64,000 bases of DNA. Origin: an uncultured Opitutales bacterium (GTDB taxonomy: Bacteria > Verrucomicrobiota > Verrucomicrobiia > Opitutales > CAZCJJ01). Below are positions 56,115-64,000 of this stretch, one piece after another. Within the stretch, counting starts at the first letter, position 1. Each line of letters starts with the position of its first letter. A model generated the notes under the pieces. It saw only the letters and a list, made by a program, of their open reading frames with translations. It did no database searches and was not told where the DNA came from. The translations under genes and the position numbers were made by a program. The stretch lies in contig CAZCJJ010000001.1 of assembly GCA_964499045.1 (NCBI GenBank), forward strand, positions 1,390-65,389, in the 5' to 3' direction.

Positions 56115-57146
56115 TCAAAGGTCTGACCAGTGCAGGATGACTTTGCCGGATTCACCGGATTTCATGGCGGCAAAGCCTTTTTCGAAGTCCTGAAAATCAA
56201 AACGATGGGTGATAACTGGCGAAATATCCAGTCCTGTTTGGATCATTGAGGTCATCTTGTACCAAGTCTCGTACATTTCACGGCCGTAGATGCCTTTAAT
56301 GGTCAGACCGTTGAAAACGATCAGGTTCCAGTCGATTTGCACTTCGGGCGGGAGAATTCCGAGCAAGGCGATTTTCCCCCCATGACAACTACTGGACAGA
56401 ATATCCCTCATGGCGGCGGCCGTCCCGGACATTTCAAGCGAGACATCGAAGCCTTCAGCCATGCCGAGTTCCTTCTGCACATCACTGAGCGATTCCTCGC
56501 GGATATTGACGGTCCGGGTAGCCCCCAGTTTCCGGGCCAGTTCCAGGCGGTAGGGGTTGATGTCGGTGACCACGATGTGCCGGGCTCCGGCATGCTTGAC
56601 AATGGCGGCTGCCATACAGCCAATCGGACCCGCCCCGGTGATCAATACATCCTCGCCCAATACGTCAAAGGAGAGGGCGGTGTGAGTGGCATTGCCGAGC
56701 GGGTCAAAGGTGGAGAGGATGTCCAAAGGTATCTTGGGATCCGCGTGCCAGAGATTCGTCTGGGGAAGTACCAGATACTCGGCAAAGGCGCCTTGGCGGT
56801 TGACTCCGACGCCGACGGTGTGGGCACAAAGGTGACGTCTGCCTGCGAGGCAGTTCCGGCATTTGCCGCAAACAACATGGCCTTCGCCGCTGACCAGGTC
56901 GCCGGGGAAAAAGTCTTTCACATTTGAGCCTACCGATTCGATGACTCCCACAAATTCGTGTCCGATTACCATCGGAGCGGGAATGGTTTTGCGAGCCCAG
57001 TCATCCCAGTTGTAAATGTGGACGTCCGTCCCGCAGATCGACGTTTTCAGGACCCGGATCAGGACCTCGTCGATGCCGTATTCCGGTACCGGGACTTCGG
57101 TCAGTTCCAAACCCGGATGAGCGCCGGACTTGACGATTGCTTTCAT
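56115..57146 (-). CDS. tdh: L-threonine 3-dehydrogenase
   Basis: Start re-set to the ATG at 57146 ([21 protein letters not shown]). Zn-ADH motifs [30 protein letters not shown], and Rossmann ITGAGPIG. Confidence 0.9.
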   Translation of the reverse strand: MKAIVKSGAHPGLELTEVPVPEYGIDEVLIRVLKTSICGTDVHIYNWDDWARKTIPAPMVIGHEFVGVIESVGSNVKDFFPGDLVSGEGHVVCGKCRNCLAGRRHLCAHTVGVGVNRQGAFAEYLVLPQTNLWHADPKIPLDILSTFDPLGNATHTALSFDVLGEDVLITGAGPIGCMAAAIVKHAGARHIVVTDINPYRLELARKLGATRTVNIREESLSDVQKELGMAEGFDVSLEMSGTAAAMRDILSSSCHGGKIALLGILPPEVQIDWNLIVFNGLTIKGIYGREMYETWYKMTSMIQTGLDISPVITHRFDFQDFEKGFAAMKSGESGKVILHWSDL

Positions 57147-57214
57147 GGCTGGGGTTGATTTCATGAGAGACAGTAATAGCGACTGGAATCCATTAAGCAA
57201 GAAAATTTTCCCAT

Positions 57215-57796
57215 ATGCCGGAAATTGGAAATCAAGACAGTGATACGGGGGCGAGTTTGCCCGAGCGGATCAAGGATTTGAGACGACAGCGTCATTGGAC
57301 ACTGGAGGAGCTTTCGGCCGCCTCGGGGGTGAGTCGGTCCATGCTCAGTGAGATTGAGCGCGGGCGGGCAAATCCGACGCTGGCAGTGGTCATGCGGATT
57401 GCGGAGGCTTTTTCGCTGACTCTGGATCAGCTTGTGATGGCAGGCGGAGGCAAGCGCGGGATTGAGGTCGTACGCGGAACCGACGATGCCTTCCTGTACC
57501 GGGCCGATCCTGATTGTCAGATCCGGACACTTTCACCACTGCATTTGGAGAAGGACATTGAGTATTACCAGATTCGTTTGGGCCCCAAGGCGGAATTGAA
57601 AAGCAGCCCGCACTTCCGTGATACGCGGGAGATTGTAACGGTTGTGTCCGGCGAACTGGAAATTGAGGCGGGCCAGCATCGGGAGAAGTTGCGCCCCGGT
57701 GATTCCGGTTGCTATCCTGCCGATCAACCCCATTGCCTGCGAAACCTCAGCGGAGAAGAGATGTTGTTGTATTTGATCGTGACGTATCGGGTTTAG
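57215..57796 (+). CDS. XRE-family HTH regulator with C-terminal cupin domain
   Basis: HTH_3 [45 protein letters not shown], followed by a cupin-like beta region ([16 protein letters not shown]). Divergent from tdh-kbl. Confidence 0.8.
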   Translation: MPEIGNQDSDTGASLPERIKDLRRQRHWTLEELSAASGVSRSMLSEIERGRANPTLAVVMRIAEAFSLTLDQLVMAGGGKRGIEVVRGTDDAFLYRADPDCQIRTLSPLHLEKDIEYYQIRLGPKAELKSSPHFRDTREIVTVVSGELEIEAGQHREKLRPGDSGCYPADQPHCLRNLSGEEMLLYLIVTYRV

Positions 57797-57841
57797 TCAG
57801 AATGAAACTATGGGTGTCCAGGGTGTTCGTGAAAATGAAGT

Positions 57842-58894
57842 TCAGCTTTCCCGCTTCAGCAGTTCATGGATCCATTTCCGATGGGGCCCGGTGAGGGTCA
57901 GGTGGTTTAGTTCGTTGAGTGGGACCCATGTCAGATGGGGATTAGCATCCACTACGGTGAGGAAGGAGGGGGCCGGGTTCGTCAGTTTATAGACCGTTTC
58001 TTCAATCAGCTCGTTGGAAATACCGCGCTTCTTTCTGGCCAGGAGCGGCAGTCCGGCCGATTCGGGAGTTAGCGGGGTGCTTTCGGGGAGTTCCCAGAGC
58101 CCGGCCAGACGGCGGGACTTGGCGGGGATACGGTGCAGGAGAAGGCGACCATCCCGGCAACACCAGAGGCGCGATACTTTTCTGCGATGGGTGAGGCGGG
58201 GTTGAAAACGGGGGAGTGTTTCCGCAATGCTCTGCTGGCAGCCGAGGCAGTGTCGCTTGACCGGGCAAAGCAGGCAGTTCGGGCGGTTCTTGTGACAGAC
58301 CGTTGCTCCCAATTCCATCATTGCCTGATTGTGGTCTCCGGGGTGTTTGGCGACATCCATTAACGATTGGGCCAGTGGAGCAAGGGCTTTGACCGCACTG
58401 CCGGAGTCGCGGTAGAGGGTGTTGTCGGCCTGCAGTCGGGTCAGGATTCGGACCACGTTGCCGTCAACGACGGCAGACCGGTCATTTTGGGCGATACTGG
58501 CAATGGCGGCGGCGGTGTAGGGGCCGACACCGGGAAAGACGAGCCAGTCTGCGGCGGTTTGCGGCTTGGGGTCCTCCTCAACCCAGACCTGTGCCAGACG
58601 GTGAAGGTTCCTGGCGCGCCGGTAGTAGCCGAGGCCTTCCCAGTGTTTCATGACCAGGCTTTCCGGTGCGGCAGCGAGGGCATGGAAGTCAGGAAACACC
58701 TCCAGCCAGCGCTGGTAGTAAGGCAGAACCGTCACCACCTGGGTTTGCTGAAGCATGAATTCCGAGACCACCGTACCGTAAAGGGAGGGTTTGGTACGCC
58801 AAGGTAGCGTACGCTGGTGCTGGCGAAACCAATCGAAGAGTTCGCGGGTGAGATCCCCGGGATCGCTCCATGTGGCAGACGCTTGCTTGGTCAC
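57842..58894 (-). CDS. mutY: A/G-specific adenine DNA glycosylase
   Basis: LPWRTKPSLYGTVVSEFMLQQTQV, GLGYYRRARNL, HhH GVGPYTAAAIASIA, and the 4Fe-4S cluster CHKNRPNCLLCPVKRHC. Confidence 0.9.
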   Translation of the reverse strand: MTKQASATWSDPGDLTRELFDWFRQHQRTLPWRTKPSLYGTVVSEFMLQQTQVVTVLPYYQRWLEVFPDFHALAAAPESLVMKHWEGLGYYRRARNLHRLAQVWVEEDPKPQTAADWLVFPGVGPYTAAAIASIAQNDRSAVVDGNVVRILTRLQADNTLYRDSGSAVKALAPLAQSLMDVAKHPGDHNQAMMELGATVCHKNRPNCLLCPVKRHCLGCQQSIAETLPRFQPRLTHRRKVSRLWCCRDGRLLLHRIPAKSRRLAGLWELPESTPLTPESAGLPLLARKKRGISNELIEETVYKLTNPAPSFLTVVDANPHLTWVPLNELNHLTLTGPHRKWIHELLKRES

Positions 58895-58972
58895 GGTCTT
58901 AGGTGTTTAGGCAGTAGAGGATTAGGCTAAGGGAGGAATGAGGAATGATGGCGAATGATAAATCTACATTCT

Positions 58973-59701
58973 TCAATCTTCATTCTTCACTCTTTTGGCG
59001 TCGAGGAGGATGTCCTCCATGTCGAGGCCGGTCAGTTTGTGGATGCCGCTGAAGAGTTTCCAGAGGGCGATAACCATGACGATCATACAGGGAACGACAA
59101 TGACCGGGTAACTCCAGAGCATGAGTTTGCTCAGTTCTTCATTGAAGGCGGCGGTACCGGAGTCACTTTGGACAATGATTTTGGCCAAAATGAAGTTGAG
59201 CACGGCACTGAGGAAGAAGGATCCGGCCAGCAGCAGGGTGCACTGCCGCATGAGTTTTTCAAAGGACTCCCGTGTTCCGCGCTGTTCGAGTTCACGGTCC
59301 ACTTTGGGGACATCCACCAGGTCGGGATTGTAGAGAAACATTCTGACCAGAGGAAAACGGGACCCGGTGGTCAGGAGAATGGCAATGCCGAAAGCGAAGG
59401 GAATGGCGGCTTCCTTGATAGCGATCCATTCCTTTGGCAGTTCCAGCAGACCGATGCCCCCGGTCAGCAGAACACTGGTGAAGCCAATGATGGAAAAGAA
59501 GTTCCATTTGCGCCGCGAAATCAGGTCATACGCACCATAACCGAAGGGAAAAGCCAGGCCAATGATGAGAACGGCGGCAGGGGACAAGCCGAACCAGGCA
59601 TCCCCCTTCATCAGCAGCAGGGCGGGGATAAAGATGTTGAATCCCAAGTTGATCAGCGTGTTTTCTTTTTTCTTGGCGGGCATGAGGCGGTGCGGTGTCA
59701 T
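58973..59701 (-). CDS. Multi-pass inner-membrane protein (VC0807/YciB-like)
   Basis: Six or so hydrophobic helices. N-terminal NLGFNIFIPALLLMKG pattern. The family assignment is tentative. Confidence 0.4.
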   Translation of the reverse strand: MTPHRLMPAKKKENTLINLGFNIFIPALLLMKGDAWFGLSPAAVLIIGLAFPFGYGAYDLISRRKWNFFSIIGFTSVLLTGGIGLLELPKEWIAIKEAAIPFAFGIAILLTTGSRFPLVRMFLYNPDLVDVPKVDRELEQRGTRESFEKLMRQCTLLLAGSFFLSAVLNFILAKIIVQSDSGTAAFNEELSKLMLWSYPVIVVPCMIVMVIALWKLFSGIHKLTGLDMEDILLDAKRVKNED

Positions 59702-59747
59702 GTGATTCCGGAATCATCCGGACTTTACTGAAAGGGTTCCTACGCTT

Positions 59748-60413
59748 ATGAAGCTGGGGATGAAGGCAAGACCTATTCGTTGTCTGGTTACGGCCGGTCC
59801 CACCCGGGAGTTTTTTGATCCGGTGCGTTTTATCAGTAATCCCTCCAGTGGAAAAATGGGCTATGCTCTGGCGAAAGCCGCAGTGGAGGCCGGATGGGAA
59901 GTTAATTTGGTTTCCGGACCGGTCAGCCTCCAGCCCCCCGCAGGCTTGGCAGGCTTCAGTCCGGTGGTGACGGGGGAGGAGATGTACCGCGAGGTGTCCC
60001 GTTTATTTCCGCAACAGGATATTTTGATTATGACGGCAGCGGTTTGCGACATGCGGCCAAAGTATTACCAGCAGGAGAAGGCCAAGAAAGGCGATCTCGC
60101 CATGACGGTCGAATTTGAGCCGGTGGTGGATATTCTCAAAACCGTGTCGAGAGCCCGGCGGGCGCGGCAGGTAACGGTGGGTTTTGCCGCTGAGACGCAT
60201 GATGTCGAAAACTATGCCCGGACCAAACTGAAGGAGAAGCAGTTGGACTGGATCGTAGCCAACCGGGTGGGTGGGGAACGGAGTGCCTTTGCCTCGGATG
60301 ACAATCAGGTCATCTTGTTGGGGGCGGACGGAGTGCGTCATGAGATCGGCCCCGCGTCCAAAAACGAGGTGTCCCGGGAATTGATCCGTCTGGTTGCCGG
60401 GAGTATCGGGTAA
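59748..60413 (+). CDS. coaB: Phosphopantothenate--cysteine ligase domain protein (stand-alone CoaB)
   Basis: [47 protein letters not shown] and DWIVAN equal the CoaB half of CoaBC. No flavoprotein (CoaC) half is fused. Confidence 0.8.
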   Translation: MKLGMKARPIRCLVTAGPTREFFDPVRFISNPSSGKMGYALAKAAVEAGWEVNLVSGPVSLQPPAGLAGFSPVVTGEEMYREVSRLFPQQDILIMTAAVCDMRPKYYQQEKAKKGDLAMTVEFEPVVDILKTVSRARRARQVTVGFAAETHDVENYARTKLKEKQLDWIVANRVGGERSAFASDDNQVILLGADGVRHEIGPASKNEVSRELIRLVAGSIG

Positions 60414-60437
60414 AAGATTGTCGAACCCGTATGCTTC

Positions 60438-60513
60438 GTAGCCGCGCTCGTGAGAGCGTGGATCGGTGTAGTAGGGACAAGGTCGGGGACCACGTTCTGG
60501 CGAACGCGGCTAC
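60438..60513. repeat. Two REP-like 24-nt hairpin units in inverted orientation
   Basis: GTAGCCGCGCTCGTGAGAGCGTGG (60438-60461) and CCACGTTCTGGCGAACGCGGCTAC (60490-60513), between convergent genes. Confidence 0.8.
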
Positions 60514-60553
60514 GTACTTCTGGATTCAAGTACTTTATGGAACCTGACGCCGA

Positions 60554-61216
60554 TCAGCGCTGAGGGCGGTAATTGGGGGACCAGACGCGGTAGTGGGGCA
60601 GGGTGATTCTGCCCCCGGAGCCCAGAATGGCTTCCTCCAAAGTGATTTGCCGTTGCAAGGCAGCCTCCCGGCGGGCTTCCAAGGCGGCCTGTTCGGCTTC
60701 CAGTTTGGCGAGAGCCTCCCGGCGGATCTTTAATTCGTCCAGCAATGCCTGACTGGCATCGGCTTCTGAAGCGGAGATTGCGGCGGTTCTGGCCGCCAGT
60801 TCGCGCTGTTGGATTTCCGCCTGACGAAGGGCCTCCTGCAGGGCCTGCATTTGCACCTTTAGTTCACGGGACGCTATTTCAGCGGCTTCACGGGCGGCGG
60901 CTTCGCGGGCCAGCTGCTTGTTCATTTCCGCGAAACGTTGTTCGCTTTCCAGGCGTTCCCGTTCGGCAGCCTCCTCCGCCCGGCGGGCGGAGAGTTCTGC
61001 CATTCGGGCGGCTTCTTCGGCTTGTTTGGCCCGCAATTCCATTTCTTCCCGGAAACGTGCCTGCTCTTTTTCCGCCGCGTCACTTGCATCCGGTTCCGTT
61101 ACCGCTGTGACTGTTTCCAGCGCAGATTCCTCTGTCGGACGGTTCAGCAGGTAGATCACACCGCCCACGCTCAAAAGGATGAGAACACCCAAAACAATAA
61201 GAACGGGTTTTTGCAT
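60554..61216 (-). CDS. Membrane-anchored Ala/Glu/Arg-rich coiled-coil protein
   Basis: Start re-set to the ATG at 61216 (MQKPVLIVLGVLILLSVGGVIYLL TM anchor). The rest is heptad-like EAARMAELSARRAEEAAERERLESEQ... Confidence 0.5.
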   Translation of the reverse strand: MQKPVLIVLGVLILLSVGGVIYLLNRPTEESALETVTAVTEPDASDAAEKEQARFREEMELRAKQAEEAARMAELSARRAEEAAERERLESEQRFAEMNKQLAREAAAREAAEIASRELKVQMQALQEALRQAEIQQRELAARTAAISASEADASQALLDELKIRREALAKLEAEQAALEARREAALQRQITLEEAILGSGGRITLPHYRVWSPNYRPQR

Positions 61217-61336
61217 GAAGTCTGTTCTAGTGTACTGTTTGTTAAATAGCCACATAAATGCGAGAGTCCCCAAACTGGAAATGAGTTTTTTCTTGAGAAA
61301 CTCCTAGGGTTTCTACTTTGTTGCTCGTTTTCCGCC

Positions 61337-62389
61337 ATGGCCACCTCAACGCTCAACATACTCGTCGACAAATTGCAAAGCCGCAAGGCTTTGGAGCGGG
61401 CCGAAGCCGTGGAAGCCGCCCGCGGTCTGACGGATGGAGACGTGCCCGCCTCTCTGAAGAAGGCCTTTCTCATTGCATTGTCGGAAAAAGGAGAGACCCC
61501 TTCCGAGGTCGCCGCTTTTGCCGCCTTCTTCCGTTCCGTGGCCCGCGATCCGGGACTGAATGATTTTGCGGACCGGGCCATTGATATCGTTGGTACCGGT
61601 GGAGACAAATCGGGCAGTTTCAATATATCGACGGCCGCCTCCTTCATTGTCGCCGCTGCCGGAATTCCCGTTTTCAAGCACGGCAACCGCTCCGTCACCT
61701 CCAGCTGTGGCACAGCTGATCTTCTGGCGGCCCTTGGAGTCAATCTGGAAGCCGATAATCCGACCTTGCGGGCCTCGTTGCAGGAACTGAATTTTACCTT
61801 TTTGTTTGCCCCCGCCTTTCATCCCGCCTTCAAGGAAATCATGCCCGTCCGCAAGGCACTGGCTGCCGGAGGCCATCGCACTGTTTTCAATATTCTCGGC
61901 CCCCTCATCAATCCCGGAAAACCGGCTCATCAACTCATGGGAGTCTATGCGGCTCACTGGGTCGAGCCATTGGCAGAAGTCCTCGATGCCCTCGAATTGA
62001 AATCCGGTCTGCTTGTCCATTGCTCCCTCGATGAACAGCGTGGTCTGGATGAGCTCTCCGTTGCCGGTCAAAACCGGATCGCGGGAGCAGGCAGGCTGCG
62101 CTCCAGGCGCGGTGTGCTCGATTTGGAGGAAACGGGACTGCCTGCTGGAGAAATCGGCTCACTGGCTGGTGGCGATGTCAACAGGAACCTGGAGATCCTT
62201 GAGCAGCTTCTGAACGGGGCCGCTCCGGCGGCTCTGGTGGACTCTGTTGCACTCAATGCCGGTGCGGCTTTCTGGATTGTTGGCAAAGTAAATACATTGG
62301 AATCAGGGGTGCGGGAAGCACGGGCATTACTCGAGAGCGGAGCCGTACATACCTGGTTGGGACGCGTCAAGAGCTTCTACGCTGCATGA
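61337..62389 (+). CDS. trpD: Anthranilate phosphoribosyltransferase
   Basis: DIVGTGGDKSGSFNISTAASFIVAAAGIPVFKHGNRSVTSSCGTADLL, FAPAFHPA, RTVFNILGPLINP. Confidence 0.9.
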   Translation: MATSTLNILVDKLQSRKALERAEAVEAARGLTDGDVPASLKKAFLIALSEKGETPSEVAAFAAFFRSVARDPGLNDFADRAIDIVGTGGDKSGSFNISTAASFIVAAAGIPVFKHGNRSVTSSCGTADLLAALGVNLEADNPTLRASLQELNFTFLFAPAFHPAFKEIMPVRKALAAGGHRTVFNILGPLINPGKPAHQLMGVYAAHWVEPLAEVLDALELKSGLLVHCSLDEQRGLDELSVAGQNRIAGAGRLRSRRGVLDLEETGLPAGEIGSLAGGDVNRNLEILEQLLNGAAPAALVDSVALNAGAAFWIVGKVNTLESGVREARALLESGAVHTWLGRVKSFYAA

Positions 62390-63732
62390 GTCTGAACTAT
62401 TTCGGAACGGATGGAATTCGTGGCCCCGTCGGGGGACCACATATGAATCCTCAATTTCTACGCCGTGTTGGCTACGGACTAGGCCATTTTCTGATAAAAC
62501 ACAACCATGCCAAGCCGGTGACGGTGGTGATCGGCCGGGATACCCGGGCCTCGGGTGAGTTCTTTCAGCAAGTGCTGAGCGAGGGACTCCACCACCACGG
62601 GATCCATGTGATTCAACTGGAAGTGCTTCCCACCCCGGCCGTATCTATGATGGTTCGGGATTTGCATGCGGATTTGGGAATCGTGCTGACCGCCTCGCAC
62701 AATCCGGCTACCGACAATGGTTTAAAATTGTTCGACAACCGCGGGCTGAAATTTGGGGAGGATACGGAGGCGGAATTTGAGGCCTTCATCGACCGGGAAC
62801 CGGATCACCCCGAGCCTCCGTCTGTCAAGGCGTCTCCCCATTCCCATGAGGGGCGTGACTTCTACATGAATTTCATGCGTTCACTGCTGCACCAGAACTG
62901 CCTGAACGGGTGGAAAATTGTTCTGGATACGGCAAATGGATCCACCTGCCGAACAAGCCCCGAGGTGTTCCGCCATTTTGGGGCCGAACTGATCCTGATC
63001 GGGAATCAGCCCGATGGAACGAATATCAACCGGAATGTAGGTAGTGAGCACCCGGAGTTGCTCGCTCAGGCGGTGCTCGAACATGGAGCCCGGTTGGGTA
63101 TCGCCCATGACGGAGACGGTGACCGCCTTGTGCTTTGCTCGGAAAAGGGAAAAATCCTGGCCGGGGAGGAGGTGCTCGGCTTTCTTGCCCTCCATGCCCT
63201 GGAAAAAAACAAGCTGGCCCGGAAGACTTTGGTGACCACGGTCCAGAGCAATGAAGGCTTGCAGATGACACTGGAAGCCGCTGGCGGGAAAATGGTACGC
63301 GTCCCGGTGGGTGACCGCAATGTGGCTCAGTTGATGTTCGAAAAGGGGTTCTCGTTTGGCGGTGAATCTTCCGGGCATATCATTTTTGCGGAACATGCGG
63401 TTTCGGGGGACGGTTTGCTGGCCGCGATTAAAACGGTGGAAATCATGTTGGAAACCGGACTCCCGCTTTCCAGCCTCGCGGGATGGACCAAACTTTTCCC
63501 CAGCGCGACCCGGGCCATCCCGGTCGCCCGAAAAAAAGAGCTCTCTGAATGCCCCCGCCTTGAGGAAGCAATGCGGGAGGCAGAGTCGGCCTTGAAAGGA
63601 AAGGGCAGGATACTGGTCCGTTATTCCGGCACCGAACCCAAACTCCGCCTTCTGGTCGAGGCCGAACGCCAGGCTGACGTGAAAAAATGGATCAAGCATT
63701 TGGAGCAGGCCGTGGCTGTGGATTTCGCCTGA
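62386..63732 (+). CDS. glmM: Phosphoglucosamine mutase
   Basis: YFGTDGIRG, active-site LTASHNPATDNGLK, IAHDGDGDR, GGESSGH. Start overlaps the trpD stop. Confidence 0.92.
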   Translation: MSLNYFGTDGIRGPVGGPHMNPQFLRRVGYGLGHFLIKHNHAKPVTVVIGRDTRASGEFFQQVLSEGLHHHGIHVIQLEVLPTPAVSMMVRDLHADLGIVLTASHNPATDNGLKLFDNRGLKFGEDTEAEFEAFIDREPDHPEPPSVKASPHSHEGRDFYMNFMRSLLHQNCLNGWKIVLDTANGSTCRTSPEVFRHFGAELILIGNQPDGTNINRNVGSEHPELLAQAVLEHGARLGIAHDGDGDRLVLCSEKGKILAGEEVLGFLALHALEKNKLARKTLVTTVQSNEGLQMTLEAAGGKMVRVPVGDRNVAQLMFEKGFSFGGESSGHIIFAEHAVSGDGLLAAIKTVEIMLETGLPLSSLAGWTKLFPSATRAIPVARKKELSECPRLEEAMREAESALKGKGRILVRYSGTEPKLRLLVEAERQADVKKWIKHLEQAVAVDFA

Positions 63733-63867
63733 GGTGGCCATGTATGCGCCTCCCTGTCACAGGGAATCCTTTTCTTCTTTGCCTCGACATGGCAGGCGGC
63801 ATCTCCTAATACCATGTTCGTCAGGAACGGGCATGTTGCCTGTCTGAAATGATAACACTTTAATGGA

Positions 63868-64000
63868 TTGCCGGTGATTCTCAGAAAACTGGACTTGGAA
63901 GCCTTGTTAAAAGCGCTGCATGCGACTCCGCATGATGTGCTCGGAATGCACCCTGTGAAGGTGAAGGGGCGAAAAGGGGTTGTGTGCCGTGCCTTTCTCA
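63868..64000 (+). CDS. glgB: Probable 5' end of 1,4-alpha-glucan branching enzyme (partial, runs off the window)
   Basis: The frame is open from the TTG at 63868 (stop at 63853-63855) to the window end: LPVILRKLDLEALLKALHATPHDVLGMHPVKVKGRKGVVCRAFL. The H..PH..LG.H...... pattern is typical of GlgB N-termini. It is too short for the ORF track. Confidence 0.35.
   Translation, partial: MPVILRKLDLEALLKALHATPHDVLGMHPVKVKGRKGVVCRAFL

Noticed and set aside
58934-58992. Inverted arrangement of (GAATGA)n and (TCATTC)n around the stop of the 58973 membrane-protein gene.
   Set aside because: The arms pair poorly beyond GAATG/CATTC, and the right arm is ordinary coding sequence (…KRVKNED stop). It is probably a weak terminator at best.

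Overview
Moderately GC-rich bacterial chromosomal segment, densely coding. I infer it comes from a Verrucomicrobiota/PVC-type organism, based on a PEP-CTERM protein, H-X9-DG pseudopilin-like proteins and the general protein style; no rRNA is present to confirm this. The ORF track prints alternative starts (GTG/TTG) as M and always takes the longest ORF, so I re-derived several starts by reading the DNA.

Housekeeping genes: rpe, an lptE-like gene and bamD, fabH, hemL, tal, dnaG-rpoD, rsmE, rsmG, lpxA, kbl-tdh, mutY, coaB, trpD, glmM and the 5' end of a probable glgB. There are two glycosyltransferase clusters and a sugar oxidoreductase/isomerase/transporter block. An intact ISL3-family insertion sequence carries its target-site duplication. 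A porin gene is tandemly duplicated, and one copy carries an in-frame amber codon. At least three families of short intergenic repeats are present.

The window holds two Ton-type proton-motive-force (PMF) motor clusters.
- 24741-30452 matches the six-gene Vibrio TonB2 layout: DUF3450, long MotA/ExbB, ExbB, ExbD, TonB, TPR.
- 3-7351 is the most unusual locus: TPR, TPR-like, ExbB, ExbD, ExbD, then two tandem 429-aa paralogs. Each paralog has a TonB-style SxxxH transmembrane anchor and a Pro/Gln linker, but replaces the TonB C-terminal domain with a ~300-aa vWA-like domain whose MIDAS motif is degenerate. I regard this as a candidate undescribed Ton-like effector system.

Other notable points: DnaG has lost three of its four zinc ligands. 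RpoD carries a histone-H1-like Lys/Ala/Pro N-terminal tail. A 24-nt hairpin repeat family shows compensatory stem substitutions. A translationally coupled block (45187-50992) runs from pseudopilin-like genes through a large secreted protein to a PEP-CTERM protein.

No tRNA, rRNA or CRISPR array was found. All functional calls rest on motif recognition by eye; no database search was possible.
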